DNA of 64,000 nucleotides, taken from contig JAWKPC010000002.1 of NCBI GenBank assembly GCA_041390865.1, positions 388,584 to 452,583 on the forward strand, read 5' to 3'. The notes beneath the pieces were generated by a model. It worked only from the letters and a program-made list of their open reading frames with translations. It did not search any database and was not told the origin of the DNA. Position 1 is the first letter of the stretch. The number at the start of each line of letters is the position of its first letter. The stretch comes from Thermomicrobiales bacterium (GTDB lineage: Bacteria > Chloroflexota > Chloroflexia > Thermomicrobiales > CFX8). The position numbers and the translations under genes were made by a program. This document shows positions 47,433-57,500 of this stretch, one piece after another.

Positions 47433-48910
47433 GCGCGGCTGCCCACGTTGGCGAGCGGGTGAACTACCTTTGTGACCAGGCGATGCTGGCGGTTCACGGT
47501 ACGCCGCTTGCCGCCGAAATCACCTCCATTCGCCAGCGGATGAGCGAGCCGTTGCGGGTCGCGATCGCCGGGCGGGTCAAGGCCGGGAAATCGACACTGC
47601 TCAACGCGCTGGTCGGTGAGCGGCTGGCGCCGACGGACGCCGGCGAGTGCACCAGGGTCGTGAGCTGGTACCGCCAGGGCTTCGGCTATGAAGTGCGGGC
47701 AACCCTCCGGAGCGGCGAGTCTCGGGAACTCCGCTTCCGCCGGGACGACGGGCGTTTGGAGATCAACCTCGGCCGCTACGATATCGAAGAGATCGACCGG
47801 ATCGACGTCAATTGGCCGTCGTCGAACCTGTCGAGAATGACGTTGATCGATACACCCGGACTGGCGTCGCTCACCGCGGGCGCATCGGTGCGGACGCATG
47901 ACTTCCTCGCGCTGCACGACGAAGACCGGCAGAGCGATGCCGATGCCGTGCTCTATCTGATGCGGCACATGCACAGCCGCGACGCCGAATTTCTCGAAGC
48001 GTTTTTCGATGATTCGCTGGCGAACACGTCTCCGGTCAATGCCATTGCCGTGCTCTCGCGTGCCGACGAGATCGGCGCCGGACGGCCGGATGCGCTGGAG
48101 TCGGCTGCCAGAATCGCCGAGCGCTACGGCAGGGATGAGCGGATTCGCGCGCTGTCCGTCAGCGTCCTCCCGGTCGCCGGTCTGCTGGCCGAGACCGGCA
48201 CGACGCTCCAGGAGCATGAAGCGTCGTCGATTCGGGCACTGACCCGGATCGAGGAGGATGAGCTGCGGCGGATGCTCCTGTCGGTCGACCGCTTCCTTGC
48301 GCCGGAAGCCAGCGACCTGCTGGTCGAAACGCGGCGAGAACTGCTCGACAGGCTGGGGCTGTTCGGCGTTCGGTTGGCTATCCAGAAGGTTCGTAGCGGC
48401 GAGGCCCTTTCGGCCGTCGACCTGTCGCAGATTCTGATCGACGCGTCGGGGCTGGAGACGCTGCGGAGCTTGCTCGAGCAGCATTTCAGCGCCCGCGCGA
48501 TGGCGCTCAAGGGCCGGTCCGCGCTGGTGTCGCTCCGGAATTGCGCCCGCGATCTGATGGAGATCGACCGGAACGCGGGCCGGCGATTGTTCGCCGAGAT
48601 CGAGCAGGTTGAGATTTCCACCCACGCCTTCGCCGAGCTGCGGCTGCTCCACATGATGCTGACCGGCCAGATCAAGCTGACGGAAGATGAGCAAGCCGAG
48701 GTGAACCGGCTAACCAGCGGCGGCGGGCTGGAGCAGCGGGCTGGCGTCGATCAGGATGCAACGGACGAGCAGATCCAGCAGGCGGCGCTGGCCGGCATCG
48801 CGCGCTGGCGGCAACGTGCCGCAAGCCCGCTGCTCGATCGCGCGGCGGCGGATGCGTTCGAGATCGCCGCCCGGTCGTACGAGGGTATCTACGCGCAAGT
48901 GGCCGGATAA
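47429..48910 (+). CDS. Bacterial dynamin-like protein 2 (no hydrophobic segment)
   Basis: G1 GRVKAGKS, G3 DTPGLAS, G4-like LSRAD. The GTG start overlaps the upstream TGA (GTGA), which implies translational coupling. Confidence 0.85.
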   Translation: MSAAAHVGERVNYLCDQAMLAVHGTPLAAEITSIRQRMSEPLRVAIAGRVKAGKSTLLNALVGERLAPTDAGECTRVVSWYRQGFGYEVRATLRSGESRELRFRRDDGRLEINLGRYDIEEIDRIDVNWPSSNLSRMTLIDTPGLASLTAGASVRTHDFLALHDEDRQSDADAVLYLMRHMHSRDAEFLEAFFDDSLANTSPVNAIAVLSRADEIGAGRPDALESAARIAERYGRDERIRALSVSVLPVAGLLAETGTTLQEHEASSIRALTRIEEDELRRMLLSVDRFLAPEASDLLVETRRELLDRLGLFGVRLAIQKVRSGEALSAVDLSQILIDASGLETLRSLLEQHFSARAMALKGRSALVSLRNCARDLMEIDRNAGRRLFAEIEQVEISTHAFAELRLLHMMLTGQIKLTEDEQAEVNRLTSGGGLEQRAGVDQDATDEQIQQAALAGIARWRQRAASPLLDRAAADAFEIAARSYEGIYAQVAG

Positions 48911-49008
48911 CAATACATTTCCCGACTTGCAGGATCGTCTGCTAGTCTGACGCAGCATGTATCCGGGATAGCCCGTAAACGGGTTTTGGAGTGATTGAGA
49001 GATGAAAC

Positions 49009-50556
49009 GTGCACAGGTTCGGGCGTTGGGTGTTGGTCTTGAGCGTGGTCGCGTTGCTGGCGCCCGTGCTGCCGGTTGGCTTCGTTGCGGCGGATGATGC
49101 CGTCGTCGGAGGCGCCTGCGACGATACCGAATTCAACAGCGCGCTGGCGGCTGCCCAGTCGAACGGGGGCGGCACGATAACCTTCGATTGCGGAGGGCCT
49201 GCGACGATCCTATTTGGCGCTGTCAAGACGATTTCGGCATCCAATAGCGTGATCATCGACGGCGGCGGTCAGATTACATTGAGCGGTGCAACGGCCGTTC
49301 AGTTGTTTGATGTGGAATCCGGCGCAACGCTCGAGCTGCGGGATATTACGCTCACGGACGGACAGGCCGGGCTTGGCGGCGCGATAGCGAACGCCGGAAC
49401 GCTTCGGATCGTGAACAGCACGCTGACGGAGAACGAGGCTGATGGCGCAGGCGCGGTGTACAACGAGGGTGATGCGACGATTACGGACAGCGTTCTGTCC
49501 TCGAATGTCGCTCAGAACGCCGGGGTGATCCTCAACGTCGGAACGTTGGAGATCACCGGCAGCGTATTCTTTGAGAATACCGGGACGGCGGCATTTGCCG
49601 GAGGGATTCTCAATGGAGGCACCGCGACGATTACCGATACGACATTCGAGCTCAATTCGTCGTTCTTTGGCGGGGCGATCACGAATACCGAGAATGCCGT
49701 CCTTGATCTGTTCGGCTCGACGTTTGTTGAAAACGCCGCAACGGGAACCGGCGCCGGAATCTACAACGACGACGGCTTCGTGACGATCACGAATAGCACG
49801 TTCAGCGGCAACAGCAGCCCGCTTGGTCCGGCGGTGTTCAGCACCGACGGCGTTACCGAAATCATCGCCAGCACGGTGACGGACAATAGTTCTGAATCGG
49901 GCAGCCTCGACAATGACCAGGGCGGTACGATCATCCTGCGTCAGACGATCGTCGCCGACCAGAACTCCGGGGCGGATTGCGATGGGTCGATGACGTCGGA
50001 TGATTACAACCTCGACAGCGACGGAACCTGCAATCTCACCGCTTTGCATGACATTACCAACGGAGATCCCGAGCTCGGACCGCTGGTCGACAATGGCGGC
50101 GAAACCCTTACCCACATGCCTGCTCAGTCGAGCGTGGCCGTCGACAGCGGCGGCTTCAGCTGCCCGAGCGTCGATCAGCGAGGGAAGCCCCGGCCGGCTG
50201 GGGCTGGCTGCGATATCGGTGCGGTCGAGTTGCAAACGGCGGCGACCTATGCCCTGTGCGCCGATTACTACACAGGCCGAGTCATGAGTCCCTTCAACGG
50301 CCAGTGCGGCACGCGACAGTTCGAGCTGGATGTGCCGGAGAGCTACCCGCTGGCCTTCTGTATCGACGCCTATACCGGTGTGGTCGGTTACACCTTTGGC
50401 CGGCCATGCAACCCGCCCCGGCAGATTCACCTGATGCCAGATGATGGCGATCTGCTGACCTGCGTCAGCTACTACACCAGTTTGAATCGCCGGGTGTACA
50501 ACCATAGCCAGTGCCGGCCGAACGAAATACCGAACTTCATTCCTGCCGCTCTCTAG
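49009..50556 (+). CDS. Secreted right-handed parallel beta-helix protein with a C-terminal triple Cys-pair repeat
   Basis: Signal-like N-terminus MHRFGRWVLVLSVVALLAPVLPVGFVAA. About 20-residue beta-helix rungs (GGAIANAGTLRIVNSTLTENEA..., GAVYNEGDATITDSVLSSN...). VDQRGKPRP...CDIGAVE motif, then three ~33-aa C-x-x-YYTG...C repeats. Confidence 0.75.
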   Translation: MHRFGRWVLVLSVVALLAPVLPVGFVAADDAVVGGACDDTEFNSALAAAQSNGGGTITFDCGGPATILFGAVKTISASNSVIIDGGGQITLSGATAVQLFDVESGATLELRDITLTDGQAGLGGAIANAGTLRIVNSTLTENEADGAGAVYNEGDATITDSVLSSNVAQNAGVILNVGTLEITGSVFFENTGTAAFAGGILNGGTATITDTTFELNSSFFGGAITNTENAVLDLFGSTFVENAATGTGAGIYNDDGFVTITNSTFSGNSSPLGPAVFSTDGVTEIIASTVTDNSSESGSLDNDQGGTIILRQTIVADQNSGADCDGSMTSDDYNLDSDGTCNLTALHDITNGDPELGPLVDNGGETLTHMPAQSSVAVDSGGFSCPSVDQRGKPRPAGAGCDIGAVELQTAATYALCADYYTGRVMSPFNGQCGTRQFELDVPESYPLAFCIDAYTGVVGYTFGRPCNPPRQIHLMPDDGDLLTCVSYYTSLNRRVYNHSQCRPNEIPNFIPAAL

Positions 50557-50573
50557 AGCGAACGATCGACATT

Positions 50574-50610
50574 CCGCCCCCGTCCGGCGCCGGACGGGGG
50601 CGGTTTGTTC
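50574..50610 (+). terminator. Strong rho-independent terminator after the beta-helix gene
   Basis: ccgcccccgtccgg / cg / ccggacgggggcgg followed by tttgttct. Confidence 0.8.
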
Positions 50611-50732
50611 TATGTATGGGTGGTCCATGATTCCTTTGATGGTCCGCGAGGTGTATCGCGCGATACACCTCGGCTGTCAATTCACCGCTAGACTGAGCAT
50701 GGCTATCAGAGTCTGGCAGGGAGGCAGTGGCT

Positions 50733-51272
50733 ATGGAGCGCAGCAAGCGACAGGAGCATTGCAGGGACGAGCCGGCCGTAACGTTCGAGCTGGAGGAGAC
50801 CCCGCAGGACCGTAGCCGGAGCCGCCTCGGAGCGGCCGGCGCTGCGGCAGTTACCGGCGCCGGGTTGATCTCGAGCGGCGCGACGCCGGAGTTTGGCGAT
50901 ACTCTGGATGTGTTCGATCAGGCCGAGACTCCGGATGCCGCGACTGGAGAGGTTCCGACGACCAGCTTCGAGGAGCTTGGCGGCGAGGACCCGGAATTTC
51001 CACCGATCGACTTCGAGGGGCCAGTTGACGAGACGATTGAGGATGCGGCTCCGTGGGTATCGACGGGCGAGGAATCCGATGCGACATTCGGGGCCACCTC
51101 GGACGTTGGCGGGGGGTATGCGCTCGAAGATATCCCGGACAACGAAGCGTTCGGAGCTGCCGATGCCGAGATCGATGTCGAACTCGTTCCGGATGCGCTC
51201 GTCGACCACGATGGCCTGGGGGACGATGCCGACGTTGATGCGGACGAGTTGCACGATATCGACCTGACCTGA
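50733..51272 (+). CDS. Small hyper-acidic protein with basic N-terminus and Gly/Ala-rich anchor-like segment
   Basis: The ATG at 50733 follows GGGAGG. MERSKRQEH...RSRSRLGAAGAAAVTGAGLISSGA, then a D/E/T/P-rich region ending DADVDADELHDIDLT. Same N-terminal layout as the giant protein downstream. Confidence 0.55.
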   Translation: MERSKRQEHCRDEPAVTFELEETPQDRSRSRLGAAGAAAVTGAGLISSGATPEFGDTLDVFDQAETPDAATGEVPTTSFEELGGEDPEFPPIDFEGPVDETIEDAAPWVSTGEESDATFGATSDVGGGYALEDIPDNEAFGAADAEIDVELVPDALVDHDGLGDDADVDADELHDIDLT

Positions 51273-51427
51273 CGACGTCATCCCTCGCCCGACGAGCCTG
51301 TCGCCGTTCCTGGCTGCAGGCACACCCTGTATCGAAGTTGACAACCGGACCGTTATCCAATGCTCCGGATCGAGAATCCCCGCTCACTACCGTGATACAG
51401 ATGGGAAGGAATGACCTTCCCTCGGTA

Positions 51428-51456
51428 TAGACAAGTGTCCGACGCTAGCCTAGTAT
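51428..51456 (+). promoter_or_regulatory. Candidate sigma70-type promoter for the giant gene
   Basis: TAGACA, a 17-nt spacer, then TAGTAT, about 80 nt upstream of the ATG at 51534. The start has a ggaagga RBS. Confidence 0.4.
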
Positions 51457-51533
51457 CGACGTAACCTCAATGTTTTCAAACATGCGGGATTCTGGAGATA
51501 CCGACCGGCGGGACAACTGGAAGGATCGGTTTC

Positions 51534-54500
51534 ATGGTGTTCGACGAAAATCAGCGGCGCGGTCCCGGGGACGCGCCGTCGGGAGGAAACTCTGCCCGTC
51601 AGCCGCGACGGCGCGGGATCGCCGGCATCGTTGCGGGAGCCGGTGCTGCGGGAGCCGGTCTGGGGGTTGGCTCGGCAGCCGGTCTCATTGCCGGTGACGA
51701 CGCGGTCGCGTTCATTCGCGAGCAGACCGGCGACCATGCTGCCGTCGACCAGTCGCGTCTGGCCGAAGCGCGCGAGCGCATCGAAGTGGCCGAAGAAGCC
51801 GCGCGGGCGGCGAGCTACGACGTCTTTGAAAGCCGTGCCGCAGAGCTAGATGCGGCCCTTCCGTCCGGAGTTGCCGAGTCAGCAGGGATTATCGGCAACG
51901 CTCTTCCACCCCTTCCCGCTGCGGAAGAGGAAGGCGGCGAGTCTGAACCGGATATCCAGGGAACACCGCCGACTGGGCGGCCTCCGGTCACCACGCCGGA
52001 GCCGGACGACAGCGTGCCCGCCGGTGACGCGCCGCCAACGACCGGCGGCCGGCCGGCCACCGGCCCGCCGCAGCCGGGAGCCGGTCAGGAATCCGAGTCC
52101 GAAGCTCCAGAGGCGCCCAGCCTTGGGAGTCCGATCGAAGGCGACGATACCCCGCCATCTCCGGAAGCGCCGAGCCCGCCGGGTTCAGCCTCGCCGCCGG
52201 ACGGGCCGGAACCGCCCGCACCATCATTTGTCAGCCCGCCTTCCGGTGGACCGTCCCCCGAAACCGGTGGAGGTTTGGACGAGATCGTCGACGAAAGTCC
52301 GGCGCCGCCACCGGCCGGCCCCGCTCCGGCAGGCCCGGGAGGCGCACCGCCGGTTTCACCGCCTGACGCCGGCCCTTCGGAGCCGGACGGCATCGTGGCC
52401 GAGTCGCCATCGACCGATGGCGGCCCTGCTCCGGATGCCCCGGAAACCAACGATGAGGCCGTTCCTCCGTCATCGAGCGCGCCGACTGTCCCGGGAACGT
52501 CCGGGGAAAGCGCGCCCCCGGCATCCTCGGGTCCGGTCGATTCTTCGCCGGTGTCGAGCGATCCGGACGCCTCCAGCTCTCCGTCCGTTCCCGAAACGCC
52601 CGCGGCTCCCGGCGGCTTCAACGAGCCATCCGGATCTTCGGACGATGCCGGATCGGAAGACTCTTCGTCCGAAAGTATCGACGGCAGCGACGCGCCGTCG
52701 ATACCTGTCGGATCCGGCGGTTCTTCCGAGGAAGAGTCCAGCGGAAGTTCCTCGTCGAGCGAGGGGGCGAGCCAGTCGAGCGACTACCCCTACGTCTACC
52801 AGTGGGACGACGACGGCGACTGGGTCGATGTCGCGATGCAGAACGATCGGGGTGAGGTCTACTACCTGCGTTATCAGGATGACGGCACCGTCTATTACCT
52901 GAACCCGGAAGGCGAGTACGACCAGGTCCAGGGCGAGAACCTTCCCCATCTGCTCTACGTCGATGACCAGGGCGTCGCCTATTTCTCGAAGATGCAGTAC
53001 CAGCACACGGTCTACTTCTCGGTCGACACCGAGGGCGACTTCGACTGGATCGACCATGAAGATGTCCCGGGCTATGAGGAGACGCCGGACGAGGACGACT
53101 ACGACTATCCGCGCGTTATCGACTACGAGTACGGCGACGAGTCCTGGGCACTGGTCGAGATGGAAGACGGCCGGTTCGTCAAGTATTACGACGAGGGTGG
53201 CGCCTACTGGGTCGATGAGTATGGCAACGAGACGCCTGTCTCCGGGTTCCAGGTGCCGACATTACTCTATGTCGACGGCGATGGAGACGCCTACTTCCGC
53301 GTGTTCATCGAGAACGAAGGCGATTACCGCTATTACACGATCGACCACGACGGCGGTGTCGAGTACATCCATGATTACGATGTCCCCGGCTACGAGGAGC
53401 CGCCATATGAGGAGGAGTACGAGTACCCGCGCGTCGTCGAGTGGGATGCCGATGAGGGCTGGGTGATCGTCCAGAACGAGGACGGCTACTACGCCAAGAT
53501 CTATGAAGACGGCCAGGCGTATCCCGTCGACGAGTATGGCGATCCGATCGCCACCAACGGGGTCGGCTACTACTATCCGGACCTGCTCTACGTCGACGAA
53601 TATGGCAACGCCTACTTCCGGAGCGGCGACCCCGGCAACTACTCCTACTACATGATCGACCATGACGGCGGCGTCGAGTACGTCAACTACGAGGACATCC
53701 CGGAATACGAGGATCCGCAGTATGACGACGACGGCTATCCGATCGTCACGCTCTGGGATCACGAGGCGGGTTGGGTCGTCGTTCAAGAGGACGAGGACCA
53801 CTACAGCAAGTACTACACCGACGGCAACGTGGAGAGCGTTGACCAGCATGGCAACGCGCTACAGCCAAATGGGCTTGCGCCAGAGCTTGGCCAGTTGCTC
53901 TACATCGAAGCCGGGGGCGATGCCTACTTCCGGAGTGGTGAGCCGGGGAACTACGAATACTACACGGTCGACCAGTACGGACACGTCGAGTACATCCACT
54001 ACAGCGATGTCCCCGGCTACGAGCCGGAACCGGGCGAGGGAGAGGAGTACGAGTATCCACGGGTCATCGAGTGGGACGCCGACGATGGCTGGGTCATCAT
54101 CGAGGATGAGAACGGCGACTACGTCAAGTACTACGAGAACCGGCCGCCGCACTTCGTCGATGCCGAAGGAAACGAGATTCCGGGGAACTATCCGAACCAG
54201 GCCCGGCTCATCCAGGTCGACCAGTATGGCAACTCCTACTTCCAGTATCTGGAGGACGGCGAGTATGCCTATATCCAGGTCGACGGCGACGGCGGGATCG
54301 AGAATGTCGATCCGCACGACATCCCCGGCTTCGAGTACGAAGAGCTCGACGACCAGTACGACTATCCGAGAACGGTCGATTGGGATGCGAATGCCGGCTG
54401 GGTGATCGCCGAGACGGACCTTGGCTATCAGGTCAAGCTCTACGAGAACGGCGAGGCGTACTTCGTCGATGACTACGGCAACGAGACGCCGGTCGGCGAC

Positions 54501-57500
54501 TATCCGGTGCTGGTTCTGATCCAGGTTGACGAGTACGGCACCGCCTATCTACGCGGGGGCGAGGGGCCGGACTACACCTACTACACGATCGACCATGACG
54601 GCGGCATCGAGTACATCCAGTATGAGGACATTCCGGGCTACGAGGACCTGGAGCCGCCGTATGAGGACGGCTACCCGCGGCTACTCGATCACTACGACGG
54701 CGAACCGGACTGGGCGCTCGTCGAACACGAGGATGGCCGGATCATCAAGTACTACGCCGACGGCGGCGAGTATCAGGTCGGTCCGGACGGAGGCGAAACG
54801 CCGATCATGACTGCGGACCATCTCCTGTCGGTCGATCAGTACGGGAACGTCTACTTCCAGCGATATGACGTCGACGGCCATCACCAGTACTACACGATCG
54901 CCGAGGGCGGTGGCGTCGAGTACGTCGATCCCTACGGTATTCCCGGCTACGAGGTCCCCGAGGACTATCAGCCCTACGAATACCCGCGCGCGATCGAGTG
55001 GGACGCCGACGAAGGATGGGTCACGATCGACGATGGCGAAGGGCACTACGTCCGCTACTACGAAGACGGCCACGCGGACCTCGTCGACCAGTACGGCAAT
55101 CCGGCAGCTCCGAATGGAGCCGCCGTTCCGGACACCCGCCTGGTCTATGTCGATGCGGACGGCAACGCCTACTTCGAGGATTACGACGCCGACGGGGATA
55201 TTTCCGGTTACTTCATGATCGACTATGACGGTGGGATCGAAGCGGTCGAGCCGGATGACATTCCTGGATATGAGGAGCCGGAACCTCCCTACGAAGACGG
55301 GCATCCCCCGTACTTCTATGAGGACTACCCGAATCCTCTCTACGGCGATCTCGAACCGGATGGTGATCCTGTCTATGCCAACGGCGGCTACCAGCAGACG
55401 TACAACGACGGTCAGGTTGTCGTCACCTGGAATCAGGAGGGCGGCCCCTACGAGATTCGCTACTATAGCGAGGAGAACGCAGGCGGCTACCTCCAGCTTC
55501 ACCTGACCTACGATGCGTACGACTACGGCTACCAAACGTCGGTCTACCCGTACGACTACTACGACCATGTCGAAGACGGCTTCGATCTCCAGCAGATCGA
55601 CCACTACGTCGATTACGCCTACCTCGGCGTTCCGTACGACAACATGGAGATCTCGAACACGGAGGTCGAATACTACTGGTACGACAATGACGGCGATCTG
55701 GTCCAGAAGACGACGGTCAACCGGGTCACCGGCGAAGTGACCTATCAGTACGACGACCTCTACATTCACGTCGATCAGTACGGGAACGAGACCTACGACG
55801 GTAATCCCGATCCGAACTGGATGGCCCCGGAAGGCTACGGGCAGGGCGAAGACCTCTACCCGCCCTATGGCATGCCGCCCTACCTGGTGTTCGGCGAGGG
55901 CTATGAGTACGAGGAGCAGTACGCCGACCCGGAAGCGGCAGGCTACACGCTCATCAGCGCGACGCCAGAAGACGACCCAGCGCAGTGGCAGTATCTCGGG
56001 CCGAACGGGGAGCGGATTATCGTCAACCAGCTTGACGATAACACCTATCAGTACGCCTACCAGAATGACCCGAACGCTCAGCCGGGAGTCTGGGAGATGG
56101 TGATCAACGTCAACGTCGACGAGTACGGCAACTACGTCTCAGACGACGCGGTTGACGGCACGTACTACGACGAATGGTATGACGACGCCCTGCAGGACGA
56201 GGACTACGAGTATCCGCGAACCCATCTCTGGGACACAGAAGACAACTGGGTTGTCCTCGAGTTGACCGAGGGACAGTATGTCCGCTACGACGAGTACCGC
56301 CCGCCCTATCTCGTCGACGAGTACGGCAACGAGATCGCCGGCCAGGGTTCTCTCGGCGGAGCTGAGCATCTGCTCTACGTCGACGAGTACGGCAACGCCT
56401 ACTTCCGTAGCGGACAGCCGGGTAACTATTACTACCAACTGGTGGATCATGACGGCGGGGCCACTGAAGCTAGCCCGGACGACATTCCTGGTTACGAGGA
56501 GGACCCGGCGGCTGACAACTACGAATACCCGCGCGTCGTCGAGTGGGACGCCGGCCAGGGTTGGGCCATGATCCAGCTTGACACGGGGTATCAGGTCAAG
56601 TTCTACGAGAATGGCAACGCCTACTACGTCGATGGGCAGGGCAACGAGATTCCTGCAACCGAATACAGCGGTCAATACCAGCTGATTGAGGTCGATACGC
56701 AGGGCAACGCCTACGTTCGCGCCGGCGAGGATTCCTACTACCGGGTGGACCCTGATGGCGGCGCCGATGGGATCGAAGCCGGCGACATCCCGGGATACGA
56801 CGCTGGTGCTGTCGTCGAGGAGTACTACGATGCGGCCTGGGCCGAACACTACGACCCCGGCTACGGCTATGAGCATCCCTTCGATCTCTACGGTCAGCCA
56901 GACCCTCCGGGAGAGAACCAGAATCCCAACGTCCACGTCTTCGGCGGCGGCCGGGCGATGGTCGTCCGCAACGCCGACGGCAGCGAGACGATCACCTGGT
57001 ACTCCGAGGGCGGTTATCAGGATGGCTACGTCGAGTACAAGGCGACGGTCGAGTACGAGGGCGGCCAGTGGGTGACCGAGACCGAGTCGATTCCGGTCGA
57101 CTACATCCCGCAGTACGGCATGTACACCGTCGAGGGATCGCCGGTCTATGACCCGTATCACCCCGACGCTCCCTGGGGCGAGCCGGATGCCGTCACGATC
57201 CTCGACGATCGCGTGATCGCGATATGGGAGACCGACGAAGGGCAGGTCCGCTCCGAGTGGTACCGCGACGGCTCTGACTACCGTGAGGTCCGCTACCCGG
57301 ATGGGCTGGTGATCAGCTGGGGCGGCGACGAATGGGAGTACGAAGCTCCGGACGGATGGGTTCCACCGGAGTACGACCAGATGCTACCGGGAGATTATGA
57401 CGCCGACGGCTATCTGCCTGATGGCGCTCCCGAGTATTTCGGCGATGAGATGTGGGTGAACCCGGAGACCGACGAGCGTTTCGAGTTCCAGAGCGAGGGG

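Noticed and set aside
45579-48910. Whether the dynamin pair belongs to a recognisable phage-defence island with nearby nucleases, helicases or toxin modules.
   Set aside because: No defence-type partner genes, integrases or phage genes are adjacent. The only nuclease-fold gene (DUF559) is 3 kb away on the other strand inside its own repeat cassette. A defence role for the BDLPs remains possible, but context does not support it.
51850-52902. A 350-aa alternative-frame ORF (Arg/Pro-rich) inside the Pro/Ser spacer of the giant gene, and similar overlapping ORFs at 52085-52621(-) and 52470-53057(-).
   Set aside because: These are frame shadows of a low-complexity GC-rich coding region. The main frame is continuous with the anchor and the repeats.
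52784-56830. Regular ~315-nt periodicity that might superficially suggest a repeat array such as a CRISPR or satellite.
   Set aside because: The period is far too long, and there is no short direct repeat/spacer organisation. The units are in frame, diverged at synonymous and non-synonymous sites, and encode a coherent protein repeat.
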